A stretch of 64,000 nucleotides of DNA from a bacterium (GTDB taxonomy: Bacteria; Patescibacteriota; Dojkabacteria; JAKAPS01; JAJZLI01), in NCBI GenBank assembly GCA_021846685.1, contig JAJZWL010000001.1:71484-135483 (forward strand), written 5' to 3'. Positions within the stretch are counted from its first letter, which is position 1. Each line of letters begins with the position of its first letter. The translations under genes and the position numbers were made by a program. The notes beneath the pieces are model-generated. The model searched no databases, was not told where the DNA came from, and worked only from the letters and a program-made list of their open reading frames with translations. Positions 30,864 through 40,533 of this stretch are shown here, piece by piece.

Positions 30864-31931
30864 TTAAGCTGTAGGGTTAAAATAGTTTTCCACTGCAAAT
30901 CTGGATTGTTGCATAAATATATTTTTTAATAAACTTAAATTGTTTATTTCATAAAATACTAACATTGCTTCCCTATATTCATTAACATCTACATTTCTAA
31001 AAGATAATGGAAAAGAATTATGCGATAGTAGTAAAGCATTTGCAATAATTCTTCCTGTTCTTTTATTTCCATCCTCAAATGGTTGTATATATCCAATTAA
31101 TGGTATTGTAAGTAAAGCTTTTTCAAACACATTAGTTTTATTGTTAATAATTTTACAATATTGCTCTAATGCCTCTCTTATCTGAAAAACATTATCTAGT
31201 GGTTTATAGTTTGTTCCTGTTATTCTAACCAAACTATTTCTAATGTTTTTTGTCACACCCAAGTTGTCAATTAACAGTGAATGAATATGTTCAATTATTC
31301 CAACATTTAGTTCTATAAATTGGTCACCATTCTGTAATATGAATTCTAACGCTTTTTTGTGATTTATAATCATTATGGCCTCCTCTTTCTTTTTACCTTT
31401 TGCTTCTATACCGTCTTTTAAAAGAGTTTCAGTTTCAAGTAGAGTATATGTATTACCTTCCAAAACAGAAGATTTCCAGCTTATTTCAATTATTGCTCTT
31501 TCAAACTCTTTTTTTCGAATAACATCACTTAACTGTTTTACATTACCATTAAAATTTTCATTTAGAGTATTTAATTCAGATAATTCTTCCTTCGTCAATA
31601 TTTCATTTTGAACCAATGAAAATATATTACTATTGAATCTCTCTATAATTTCTCTATGATCAATATCTTTTTCATAATATTCCTTAGTATTTATATTCCT
31701 GAGTAAATTATATTTTATACTTAATCTATAACTAGTAGCTTTACCATTACCATGCTTCTCGATTAAATTTAAATTTAATAAATAAGACAGATCTCTATTT
31801 ACAGTCATGAAAGAGACTTCTTCATCAACAGTTTTTAAAAAATCAGTTATTTGAGATCTACCTAGCCACTTTTGAGTGGAAAGAATATTTAAAAGTTTGG
31901 ATTGTCTTTTATTTAATTTCATAATATTCAT
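30864..31931 (-). CDS. Fic/DOC-family protein with N-terminal wHTH
   Basis: Fic motif HPFEDGNKRTGRIIANALL (HPFx[DE]GNGR) and N-terminal HTH (SQITDFLKTVDEEVSFMTVNRDLSYLLNLNLIEK); 355 aa. Confidence 0.8.
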   Translation of the reverse strand: MNIMKLNKRQSKLLNILSTQKWLGRSQITDFLKTVDEEVSFMTVNRDLSYLLNLNLIEKHGNGKATSYRLSIKYNLLRNINTKEYYEKDIDHREIIERFNSNIFSLVQNEILTKEELSELNTLNENFNGNVKQLSDVIRKKEFERAIIEISWKSSVLEGNTYTLLETETLLKDGIEAKGKKKEEAIMIINHKKALEFILQNGDQFIELNVGIIEHIHSLLIDNLGVTKNIRNSLVRITGTNYKPLDNVFQIREALEQYCKIINNKTNVFEKALLTIPLIGYIQPFEDGNKRTGRIIANALLLSHNSFPLSFRNVDVNEYREAMLVFYEINNLSLLKNIFMQQSRFAVENYFNPTA

Positions 31932-32065
31932 AACATAATAGCAATATAATCATAACATTTCGTTACATATTTGTAAATAATATGTTACGTAAATATAGTG
32001 AATGGCAGTAAGGAAAGACTAAATTCGTAAGCTATATCAACATTGTATGGATATTTATAATGGGG

Positions 32066-32112
32066 TTGTCACATCAATCGGAGGCGATGCGCCTTATTTC
32101 GAACTATTTTTG
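32066..32112 (-). repeat. Pseudo-tRNA-Ser 3'-end repeat, hairpin subtype (X2)
   Basis: AATCGGAGGCGATGCGCCTTATTTCGAACTATTTTTGTGTTGG; its reverse complement AGTTCGAAATAAGGCGCATCGCCTCCGATTGATGTGACAACCCCAT parallels the tRNA-Ser(GCT) 3' end and its flank TGGATGCGACAAC. Confidence 0.6.
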
Positions 32113-32143
32113 TGTTGGCTCACTAAATTAATGGACATTTATT

Positions 32144-32440
32144 TCAATAAACTTGATTATGACTTCCAGTATCAACAAATACAAAGACAACATTATTTTC
32201 TTTCTCATAGTAGATAATCCTGCAATCTCCTGTTACTGAAAACGATCGGTACATTTTCAACTTTCCAGTTAATCGATGATCTTGTAGTATAGGGGTAAAA
32301 CGATCTTCTAAAAATAAATCAATGCGCTGTTGAACACGTTGTTCTAAATTTGTTTGATTGCTGATTCTTGCTTTAAAATGTTTAATAAAATCCTTTGTGT
32401 ATTCAATTCTCTTCTTCATCTTTGAAATTTCTAACTGCAT
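32144..32440 (-). CDS. RelE/ParE-family type II toxin
   Basis: 98 aa; IEYTKDFIKHFK...RIIYYEKENNVVFVFVDTGSHNQVY matches RelE/ParE; overlaps the upstream antitoxin gene. Confidence 0.7.
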   Translation of the reverse strand: MQLEISKMKKRIEYTKDFIKHFKARISNQTNLEQRVQQRIDLFLEDRFTPILQDHRLTGKLKMYRSFSVTGDCRIIYYEKENNVVFVFVDTGSHNQVY

Positions 32441-32729
32441 CTATAATGTTTTTCCCGGAATAGGCAGTATACAAATTGCCATTCTTGGTCTCTGCTTCTA
32501 TTTCTGCTCGTTTTTTATCTAGATATTCTTCAAATTCTGGAGAAATATGTTCATCAGCATGTGGAGAAGAAAGAGTAAGCTGAATGTCTCCTTTGGAAAA
32601 ACTCATAATAAATATCCTTATTACCTCTTGAAGAGAACTATAGCCATAATCATGGGCTACCTTTTCTGCCTGTTTTTTTACAGATTTATTAAGAGGAACT
32701 TGTATTTTAGCGTAATCTGTTTGAATCAT
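32403..32729 (-). CDS. Putative antitoxin partner of the RelE/ParE toxin
   Basis: 108 aa acidic protein immediately upstream and overlapping the toxin gene; family not assigned. Confidence 0.45.
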   Translation of the reverse strand: MIQTDYAKIQVPLNKSVKKQAEKVAHDYGYSSLQEVIRIFIMSFSKGDIQLTLSSPHADEHISPEFEEYLDKKRAEIEAETKNGNLYTAYSGKNIIDAVRNFKDEEEN

Positions 32730-32941
32730 AATTCTTTATTTATTATTTACTTTCATTATTATACCACTTTGATACTTTTTGTCAACATATTACATCTGTT
32801 CAGATTCTTATCAGGTTGAAAAATTAAAACATTAATGAATAATTTATTAAGCAAGAATAGAAACTTTAAACTGAAAAATGAATCCCTTTATCAAGATTAT
32901 TGCTTGGCTTATTGATTTTTGTATTATGTTGTCGCATCCAT

Positions 32942-33029
32942 CGGAGAGAGAGAGATTCGAACTCTCGCGAGGATTTCTCCTCCTAAGGGTTTAGCAAACC
33001 CTCCCCTTCAGCCACTTGGGTACCTCTCC
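32942..33029 (-). tRNA. tRNA-Ser (anticodon GCU)
   Basis: Minus-strand read GGAGAGGTACCCAAGTGGCTGAAGGGGAGGGTTTGCTAAACCCTTAGGAGGAGAAATCCTCGCGAGAGTTCGAATCTCTCTCTCTCCG. Anticodon loop TTGCTAA, long variable arm, T-loop TTCGAAT, no encoded CCA. Confidence 0.85.
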
Positions 33030-33078
33030 AAATATAATAAAGTATATCAAAAAATGAGTTTATATAAAAGTTAATTGT

Positions 33079-34011
33079 ATGTTGTATAATATATTATTAA
33101 TGAATAATAAAAATAAAATCTTAATATTTTTTCTTGTAGTTATAGTATATTTTTCTATATTAGTTTTAGTTTTTATACACTTTATAAATATTCCTGTAGT
33201 AGGGAACAAAGAAAGAAAGGTGGGCATAAATTCTAAGATAAATATAGTTGCATCTGTAAATTATTTCAATCCTTTTAATTTCAAAACTCAAAATTCATCA
33301 ATATCAAGTACCTCTTCAGGAAAGGTTATTCAGTCAAATATTGTTGCAAATTTTGCAAGTATAAAAAATGAGACAATTATCTACTTCGTGCATAAACAAT
33401 GGAAATATACAATAAACGCCACAAATACTCTATTTAAAAAGGATAATGTAATAGTTTATTATAAAAAAAATGGACATAATACTTTATTGGAAATATACAT
33501 ACCAAATAGCTTTAAAATATCTGACTTAGTATCATTATTTGATGTTAACTATAGTACCTATTCATATCCCTTTGACTATACTCAGATGAATGATACTTTG
33601 GCTTCTTTAGATACGACATATACTCCATATATAAGAAGTACTTCTTTTGTTTTTTATAAAAATAATTTCAATAATGTTGGTCATTTCCAGTACAACACAC
33701 CAATAGAAGAAATTAAGGGTGTCTCAATGATTAATACTTCTTCACAAGGGAGTATTAATAGTCTTCTACATGAGTATATGTCAAGGTTTTCTATATGGGG
33801 ATATATTCCTTTTACTGTATATGGAGCTATAATTGATAATAATACAATATATTATCTTAAGTATGGTTTAGGGGGTGCGAGTATAAAAGTTTTAGTTAAA
33901 CCTGAAAATGGATATTCTTTTGTATATTATAGTATAAAAGTCTCTGCTTCTTCTTCAAACAATAATTTATCCTTGTTTAATAGATTGGGATGGAGTAGTG
34001 TATTTAATTAA
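33079..34011 (+). CDS. Hypothetical membrane-anchored/secreted protein
   Basis: N-terminal signal-anchor ILIFFLVVIVYFSILVLVFIHFINIPVV; Asn/Ser/Tyr-rich ectodomain; no family. Confidence 0.35.
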   Translation: MLYNILLMNNKNKILIFFLVVIVYFSILVLVFIHFINIPVVGNKERKVGINSKINIVASVNYFNPFNFKTQNSSISSTSSGKVIQSNIVANFASIKNETIIYFVHKQWKYTINATNTLFKKDNVIVYYKKNGHNTLLEIYIPNSFKISDLVSLFDVNYSTYSYPFDYTQMNDTLASLDTTYTPYIRSTSFVFYKNNFNNVGHFQYNTPIEEIKGVSMINTSSQGSINSLLHEYMSRFSIWGYIPFTVYGAIIDNNTIYYLKYGLGGASIKVLVKPENGYSFVYYSIKVSASSSNNNLSLFNRLGWSSVFN

Positions 34012-35079
34012 GCTTTGAGAGTTTAATTTTATTTGTGTATACCAATTAGATAGGTTGTGGATTAAATCTTTATCCTTAGTATTTAATGCAATTTCAGATG
34101 TTCCAAATAATACTCCGAATGTTGAAAAGTTATGTGATCCTATTATTAAAGAAGAATTAGGGGCATTTTTATCTAAAATTATCATTTTTGCATGTATATA
34201 CTTTTCAGACTGCTCATATAAATTAGAAAGATTTATATTGCTTAAATTAAATAGTATTTGCTCTATTTTATGTCTAATTTTTTTTTCGGCAATACTATTT
34301 GAATGTACAATAATCTCAACTGCAAGACCTCTTTTAACGGCTTTCTGAAGTGCAAAAAGAATTTTAAAATCTGGTAGGAATTGAGATATATAGCTAATAT
34401 CTTCTTTCGCATTATTTATAGCATTAATGGCCTCATTATATATGATAGATTGTCCTTTTTTCCCAGAATCTATAAGAAGTGAATTTTCTTTATTAATATT
34501 GACTATCTTGTCACTATATTTTATTCCTGTACTGTTCTTTAAGAAGATACTTTTTAAATTATTTCTAATTTCTCTGTCTTTTGTTTTCACCATGAAGTCA
34601 TAATAATTAAAAGATTTTTTCCCAAAATTCATTCCACCTATATATGAATAATTATCAATTATAGTTATTTTCATATGATTTCTTCCTATAAAGGGGAAAT
34701 ATTCAGCTATAGCTTTATTATATCTATATTCATTGATAAAATTGATTTCAATATCAGCAGATGTCATTTCTTTGAAATATTTTTGACTTATTTGAATATT
34801 ATTTTTACATTTATCTCTTTTTTCTTTATTTATATGTATAAAATACTTGTGTCCTTGGATATATTGATTTGAGTAATTATCAATATTGAATTTAACTGAG
34901 ACCCCTCTTTTTTTAGCTGCTATAACTTCTTTTGTAAATTCTTTTAAAGAATCATCAAAATATACATACATTGCTTGTATATATATATTTTTTTTTGCCT
35001 TTTTAACAAGTTGAATAAGATCACTTAGATATTCTTCTGAAGGTATTAATTCATACATTACTAATATACAATATATCAA
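33967..35079 (-). CDS. Phospholipase D-family protein with two HKD motifs (cardiolipin-synthase-like, no TM)
   Basis: HMKITIIDNYSYIGGMNFG and HAKMIILDKNAPNSSLIIGSHNFS, i.e. two HxK(x4)D(x6)G(S/G)xN motifs. Confidence 0.75.
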   Translation of the reverse strand: MIYCILVMYELIPSEEYLSDLIQLVKKAKKNIYIQAMYVYFDDSLKEFTKEVIAAKKRGVSVKFNIDNYSNQYIQGHKYFIHINKEKRDKCKNNIQISQKYFKEMTSADIEINFINEYRYNKAIAEYFPFIGRNHMKITIIDNYSYIGGMNFGKKSFNYYDFMVKTKDREIRNNLKSIFLKNSTGIKYSDKIVNINKENSLLIDSGKKGQSIIYNEAINAINNAKEDISYISQFLPDFKILFALQKAVKRGLAVEIIVHSNSIAEKKIRHKIEQILFNLSNINLSNLYEQSEKYIHAKMIILDKNAPNSSLIIGSHNFSTFGVLFGTSEIALNTKDKDLIHNLSNWYTQIKLNSQSLIKYTTPSQSIKQG

Positions 35080-37853
35080 ATATTTTTATTATAATCAAAA
35101 CTTATTTTCCTTGTTATAAATTTCCTTATTTCTTCTGAGAATAATAATATGAATATTACTATAACATAAAGTAAGAGTATATTATATCTTAAAGGATATG
35201 TATGTAAGATTGTATTAAAAAAAGGTGTGAATATAAATATATTTTGGAATATAAGTATAAATATTATTCCTATAAAAATCTTAAAGTAAGATTTGAGTTG
35301 AAATGAAAAGATTGAGAATTTATATGACCTAGAGGACAGTAGGTTTGCTATTTGAGCAAAGACTAGAGTAGAGTATGTTGCTGTAGTTGCCATTTGATAA
35401 TTTCCAAATTCTTTAAATGTTATATAAAATATTATTACAGAAAGTATCGCAATAATTGATCCATTTATCATTATTGGTATTACTGTTTCTTTATCAAAAA
35501 GATGTGATTTCTTAGACCTAGGAGGTCTAGACATAATATCAGGATCTGGAGTGTCTGATGCTAGGATCAATGCTGGAATTATATTAACAATAAGGTCAAT
35601 TGTTAATATTTGTAGTACATACATGACAGGTTCGAAGTGTAAAATTGAACCAATAAAGATAGCAAGCATTTCTGCTATGTCTATAGCTACAGTAAATCGT
35701 ATGAATTTTTTAATATTATCATATATAATTCTCCCTTCTTTAATGGCATATACTATTGCAGAAAAACTATCATTAAGAAGGATCATGTCTGCACTTTCTT
35801 TTGCCACATCTGTTCCTGTAATTCCCATTGCCACACCTATATCTGCTGATTTTAAAGCAGGGGCATCATTAACCCCATCTCCTGTTACTGCTACTATATT
35901 ATCCATATCTTTTAGTAGTTGCACTATTTTAAGTTTATTTAATGGTGTTACTCTAGCAAAGATGGCTGTTTGTCCTTTTAAAATTTCTTTAATTTTTTCA
36001 TCACTTAATTTGTCAATATCTTTTCCTTCTATAACGGGAGTGTTTTTATCTGCTATATTTACTATCTGACCTATTTTAAGAGCTATATCAGGAGAGTCTC
36101 CTGTACACATAAATATCTTGATACCTGCTTTTTTTGCAGATTCAACTGCAGCAGGGACTTCATCTCTAGGTGAATCAAATATACCTAAGAGTCCAATTAT
36201 TGTGAGATTTTTTTCTACATCTTTTTTACTTACACTTTCATTACCATTTAATTTTCTGTATGCTAGTGCAATTACCCTTAAAGTACCATTCTCATATTGT
36301 TTCGCCTTTTCAATAATGGTATTTTTCAAATGTGTGTCCAATGTGATTTTTTTCCCATCCATTAAAATACTATTAGAAGAAGATATAATACTTTCAATTG
36401 CACCTTTCGAATATATATATTCGTTATTATCTTCATGTACCAATACAGACATCATTTTTCTTTGAGGGTCAAATGGAAGTTCTATAATTCTTTTAAATTT
36501 ATTTCGTATATTATCTGCATCTTTGTTTATCTTTCTAGCAAATGCTATTAAAGCTCCTTCTAATGGGTCTCCTATTAAATCATATTTATTTTTTTTAGGA
36601 TCAAAATTAATATATGAGTTATTACAAAGTATGGATCCTTTGAACATTAGATCCATTACATCCTGGTTATAGCTATTAGGGGTAATATCTCCTTTGTCTG
36701 TATATCCTACTCCAGATACAGAATAGTCTTGAGATTTTGCATTCATAAAGAAAAATTTTTCAACACTCATTTCATTTTTTGTAAGAGTCCCTGTTTTATC
36801 AGTTACAATTACATTACAAGCACCTAGTGTTTCTGTAGATGTTAATTTTTTAACTACTACATTTACTTTTGAAAGTTTTTTTAAAGCAATTGCAAGAGCT
36901 GCAGTGACAGTAGAGGGTAGACCTTCTGGGACTACTCCAACAGCAAGTCCTAAAGATAGTATTAATGTGGCTTGTACAGATAATTTAGAATAAAAAAAGT
37001 TGATAATAAAGGCAAAGAATGCCACTACTAAAGCAATCATAATAAGGTATTCACCTGTTCTGAAAATTTCTTTTTGTAGAGGAGATTTACCTTTTTTTTC
37101 TTCTTCCGTTGTTACTGCTATTTTTCCAAATTCAGTGTTCATTCCAGTTCCTACGACAACTGCTTTTCCTGACCCAGAAGATACTGTTGTCCCCATAAAT
37201 ATTAGATTAGATATTTCAAAAATCGAAAGTTTAGATTTTGGATGAGGTGATGTAGTTTTTAATACTGGTTTATTTTCTCCTGTAATTGAAGATTCTAAAC
37301 AAGAAAGGTTATTTGATTCAATTACTCTAGAGTCAGCAGGTATGTCGTCTCCTGCTTTTAGAATTATTATATCTCCAGGAACTACAAGTTGTGTATCGAT
37401 CTCAGTAATTGTCCCGTCTCTTATTACAGTGGTTTTTTTTGAAATTAGTTTTTCTAAAGACTCTACTGTCTTACTTGCACTATATTCTTGTAAAAACCCT
37501 ATTGTAGAGTTAAAGAGAATAAGTAATATTAATATGATCCCAACTATTTCTTGTTGAGTTAAGAATGCTGCAATAGCAGCAATCAATAGTAATAGCATTA
37601 AAAAATCTTTAAATTGAGAGAAATATATTCCAGAGACCTTTAATCTATTAGTAACTTTTAGCTCATTATAACCATGTTCAGTTATTAGCTCTTTTGCCTT
37701 TTCACTTTTAATCCCAGTATATTCATCTGTTTGTAATATTTTTAATACACTTTTTGTATCTAATGAATATACAAAAGTTTCTTCATCTAGTGTTTTTTTA
37801 AAGATAGAAGGGTATAATAGACTTGAGTATGTTTTATGTTTAATCTGGGACAT
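35076..37853 (-). CDS. P-type cation-transporting ATPase (P2-type, Ca2+/Mg2+-like)
   Basis: DKTGTLT phosphorylation motif, TGDGVNDAPALK hinge motif, TGE-like actuator region, about 10 TM helices; 925 aa. Confidence 0.85.
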   Translation of the reverse strand: MSQIKHKTYSSLLYPSIFKKTLDEETFVYSLDTKSVLKILQTDEYTGIKSEKAKELITEHGYNELKVTNRLKVSGIYFSQFKDFLMLLLLIAAIAAFLTQQEIVGIILILLILFNSTIGFLQEYSASKTVESLEKLISKKTTVIRDGTITEIDTQLVVPGDIIILKAGDDIPADSRVIESNNLSCLESSITGENKPVLKTTSPHPKSKLSIFEISNLIFMGTTVSSGSGKAVVVGTGMNTEFGKIAVTTEEEKKGKSPLQKEIFRTGEYLIMIALVVAFFAFIINFFYSKLSVQATLILSLGLAVGVVPEGLPSTVTAALAIALKKLSKVNVVVKKLTSTETLGACNVIVTDKTGTLTKNEMSVEKFFFMNAKSQDYSVSGVGYTDKGDITPNSYNQDVMDLMFKGSILCNNSYINFDPKKNKYDLIGDPLEGALIAFARKINKDADNIRNKFKRIIELPFDPQRKMMSVLVHEDNNEYIYSKGAIESIISSSNSILMDGKKITLDTHLKNTIIEKAKQYENGTLRVIALAYRKLNGNESVSKKDVEKNLTIIGLLGIFDSPRDEVPAAVESAKKAGIKIFMCTGDSPDIALKIGQIVNIADKNTPVIEGKDIDKLSDEKIKEILKGQTAIFARVTPLNKLKIVQLLKDMDNIVAVTGDGVNDAPALKSADIGVAMGITGTDVAKESADMILLNDSFSAIVYAIKEGRIIYDNIKKFIRFTVAIDIAEMLAIFIGSILHFEPVMYVLQILTIDLIVNIIPALILASDTPDPDIMSRPPRSKKSHLFDKETVIPIMINGSIIAILSVIIFYITFKEFGNYQMATTATYSTLVFAQIANLLSSRSYKFSIFSFQLKSYFKIFIGIIFILIFQNIFIFTPFFNTILHTYPLRYNILLLYVIVIFILLFSEEIRKFITRKISFDYNKNI

Positions 37854-37931
37854 AATTAATCTTAAAACTATTAATGCTCTAATGCAAGTTGGTCTTGATT
37901 TTTAAATTTCTTAAAAGTAATATGTTTTAGT

Positions 37932-38525
37932 ATGGAAAATGCAAGAGATAAAAAAATAAGAGAGTTGGAATCTGAATTAGAAAATTTGAAAGTTGAGATA
38001 TCTTCTGTAAATAAATCTAAGAGTAGAGAAAAAAAACAAAAAAAGGATGCCAAAGTTATATATAAGTGGAAATCACCATCAAGAGTTTTTAGAAAATGGG
38101 AGAAGGAGAAATTATTTACTGTATTCCTTTGGTTATTGGTAATTGTCATATTACTTCTCTTTGTAAAACAATATATAACTATTTTTGTAGTTTTTGCATT
38201 AGGATTTGTTATCTATGCAATGACAAATTTTTCACCAGAAACAGTAGAGCATGTATTAACAGATAGTTATTTAGTTTGGTTTGAGAAGGAGTATAACTTT
38301 GACGATTTGAAAGAATTTTGGTTTTCAGAAAGGTCAGGTCAAATAGTGCTTAATGTGGAGACAAAGTATAGAATTCCCGCAAGATTAGTTTTTCTTGTAA
38401 GTGAAAAAGAAAAAGAAGAGTTATATGGACTACTATCTGAATATATTCCATATAAAGAATTAAGTAAAAAGCAAAATTTATTTTCTAAATTGATAGATGG
38501 TGAATATATTAATTTAGAACAGTAA
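37932..38525 (+). CDS. Hypothetical membrane protein with N-terminal coiled coil
   Basis: Charged coiled-coil N-terminus, two TM helices (LFTVFLWLLVIVILLLF, ITIFVVFALGFVIYA); no family. Confidence 0.35.
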   Translation: MENARDKKIRELESELENLKVEISSVNKSKSREKKQKKDAKVIYKWKSPSRVFRKWEKEKLFTVFLWLLVIVILLLFVKQYITIFVVFALGFVIYAMTNFSPETVEHVLTDSYLVWFEKEYNFDDLKEFWFSERSGQIVLNVETKYRIPARLVFLVSEKEKEELYGLLSEYIPYKELSKKQNLFSKLIDGEYINLEQ

Positions 38526-38534
38526 TATATATCT

Positions 38535-38608
38535 GCTTCTGTAGCTTAATTGGATAAAGCATCAGATTGCGGATCTGAAGAGTATAGGTTCGAATCCTAT
38601 CAGAAGCA
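38535..38608 (+). tRNA. tRNA-Arg (anticodon GCG as read)
   Basis: GCTTCTGTAGCTTAATTGGATAAAGCATCAGATTGCGGATCTGAAGAGTATAGGTTCGAATCCTATCAGAAGCA; 7/4/5/5 stems, anticodon loop TTGCGGA. Confidence 0.7.
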
Positions 38609-38620
38609 AAGATAAATTAA

Positions 38621-38710
38621 GGAGAGATGCTGGAGTGGTTTATCAGGCTGTTCTCGAAAAACAGTATTCTTCTAAACAAAGGATCGTAAGTTCGAATCTT
38701 ACTCTCTCCG
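38621..38710 (+). tRNA. tRNA-Ser (anticodon CGA)
   Basis: GGAGAGATGCTGGAGTGG...CTGTTCTCGAAAAACAG...GTAAGTTCGAATCTTACTCTCTCCG; anticodon loop CTCGAAA, long variable arm. Confidence 0.8.
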
Positions 38711-38775
38711 ATTTTATTACTAAAGTTTAAATAAGATTTAATATATATATTCTATATGATGATAATGTATATCAT

Positions 38776-39030
38776 ATGAAAACTATGATTGTACAAGACA
38801 ATAAGATACTTAATGGTAAACCTATTATAAAAGGCACTAGGATGTCTGTTGAAATAATATTAGAACTTTTGTCATCAGGATTAGAAATTAATGATATTCT
38901 TAAAGAATATGAATATTTAAATAGAACTCAAGTTTTGTCTGCTATATCATATGCATCAAATTTGATGAAGAAGGAAGATACATATATATTCAATAATCAG
39001 AAAAGTGTTATAAAGGAAATTCCTAATTGA
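38776..39030 (+). CDS. DUF433-family protein (putative antitoxin of a DUF433/DUF5615 pair)
   Basis: GKPIIKGTRMSVEIILELLSSGLEINDILKEY matches the DUF433 core. Confidence 0.65.
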   Translation: MKTMIVQDNKILNGKPIIKGTRMSVEIILELLSSGLEINDILKEYEYLNRTQVLSAISYASNLMKKEDTYIFNNQKSVIKEIPN

Positions 39031-39373
39031 TGCAAATATTCCTAAATCTGTAATAGATTATTTAATAAATAATAATTTTGATGTTATTGATATTAAAAAG
39101 GTTAATATAACAATGTCAGATATAGATATTATTAAATTAGCTCAAAAAGAACAAAGAATAATCATCACATTAGATAAAGATTTTATAACTTTAATACAAT
39201 ATCCTAAATATCAAGTATCAACAATAGTTATAAGATTAAAAATTTTAAAATCAGAGAATATTATTTCCTATTTAGATGAACTTTTTGTTGTCAAACCATT
39301 AAGATTGAGAATGAAAATCCACAAAAACAGGAGAGTTTTCTATGGTCTTAATTGGTATCTTCATATAGGTTAA
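39014..39373 (+). pseudogene. DUF5615-family (PIN-like) gene lacking a canonical start and 3'-truncated by an IS3 insertion
   Basis: The frame open from 39014 reads ...LIDANIPKSVIDYLINNNFDVIDIKKVNITMSDIDIIKLAQKEQRIIITLDKDF, a full DUF5615 N-terminal motif. There is no ATG/GTG/TTG upstream of the internal Met at 39113, only an ATT at 39026. The reading frame runs into the IS left end at about 39306. Confidence 0.5.
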
Positions 39374-40099
39374 TTTCTCTGGTTTTATGTTTAAAGGATT
39401 AACAGGTATTTTTACTTTTTTATGTTCTTTAAGGTAATTTTCAAGCTTTTGTAAAGGTGTCTTGTACTTATTTGTTGAATGAGGTCTTTGCGTATTGTAG
39501 AAGTATGCCCATTCTCTAAATATATCTTGTATATTATCGTTAGAGAGTATAAATGATGCTAATCCTTCATATTTATCTGTTTTCCACGATCTTTCTATTA
39601 CCCCATTGTGTTCTGGTGTATATGCCTTTGTGTAAGAAAGGAGTACATTTAATCCATGTGCTAGATCTCTGTATGATGATGCTTTGTAACAGGATCCATT
39701 ATCCATGATTAAGGTTATTGGAAACGATATACATGTTTTTACAAGTTGTCTTAGTATTGCCTCTGATGTAATTGATCCTGAGAATGTTGATACTTCTAGT
39801 GCTACTATTTCTCTATTGAATATATCTATGACCTTAAATGCATAAACCCAACCTTTATTTATCCATAGATGTGTGAAATCAGTTTGAAATATTGATCTTG
39901 GGATATCACATTGAATCTTTTTATGATTAAATTCATATGTACCTTTTTCAGGTTTTCTTCCTATGATATTTTCTTCTTTCATGAAGTAATATACACCCCT
40001 ATATGATATTGTTTGGCCTCGTACTTTTAGATATGCTGTTATCATTAGATATCCCCATCCATACAACAAATCAAGCTCTTTTATTGCATTCTTATTCAC
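39299..40099 (-). CDS. IS3-family transposase OrfB (rve integrase core)
   Basis: DDE-region motifs QTDFTHL, IMDNGSCYKA, HNGVIERSWKT, NTQRPHS. The frame is open upstream to the slippery site, so it is expressed as an OrfAB fusion. Confidence 0.75.
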   Translation of the reverse strand: MNKNAIKELDLLYGWGYLMITAYLKVRGQTISYRGVYYFMKEENIIGRKPEKGTYEFNHKKIQCDIPRSIFQTDFTHLWINKGWVYAFKVIDIFNREIVALEVSTFSGSITSEAILRQLVKTCISFPITLIMDNGSCYKASSYRDLAHGLNVLLSYTKAYTPEHNGVIERSWKTDKYEGLASFILSNDNIQDIFREWAYFYNTQRPHSTNKYKTPLQKLENYLKEHKKVKIPVNPLNIKPEKLTYMKIPIKTIENSPVFVDFHSQS

Positions 40100-40254
40100 A
40101 TCAGGTAATTCTTCCCTTTTATTCTTTTTTTGAGAATAACCCTTTTTTTTGTAATATATTTTATTACAAGATATCCCTAAAAGTTTAATGATCTTTGTTA
40201 TCCTTATTCCATTTACACAAACCTCTAATATATCATCCCTAGTTACCTTCTTTA

Positions 40255-40533
40255 CTAAATCTTTTTTTTTAACACTGATAGAGCAGTTTGAGATTCTGCA
40301 AGTGCAAGTTTAGTATCTTCTAGATCTTGTTTTACCCTTACTAATTCTTGGTTATCAGACCTATCATCAGATAGTGCTTTATATGCATTGTTCAAAAACT
40401 TATCCTTAACCTTTAAAAAGTATGATACAGATATATCATATTTAGCAGAAATAGCTGAAAGAGATAATCTGTTACCTAAATGATCTAAAACCATGTTTGT
40501 TTTTTGTTCTGTTGTAAATTTTTTCATATTCAT
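40255..40533 (-). CDS. IS3-family transposase OrfA (HTH)
   Basis: 92 aa, ...LSLSAISAKYDISVSYFLKVKDKF... HTH and C-terminal leucine-zipper-like heptads; ends in KKKI at the slippery run. Confidence 0.7.
   Translation of the reverse strand: MNMKKFTTEQKTNMVLDHLGNRLSLSAISAKYDISVSYFLKVKDKFLNNAYKALSDDRSDNQELVRVKQDLEDTKLALAESQTALSVLKKKI
40262..40270 (-). other. Programmed -1 ribosomal frameshift site A_AAA_AAG joining orfA to orfB
   Basis: Minus-strand TTA AAA AAA AAG ATT TAG. Reading on in the -1 frame gives KKKDLVKKVTRDDILEVCVNGIRI... with no stop, continuous into OrfB. Confidence 0.6.
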
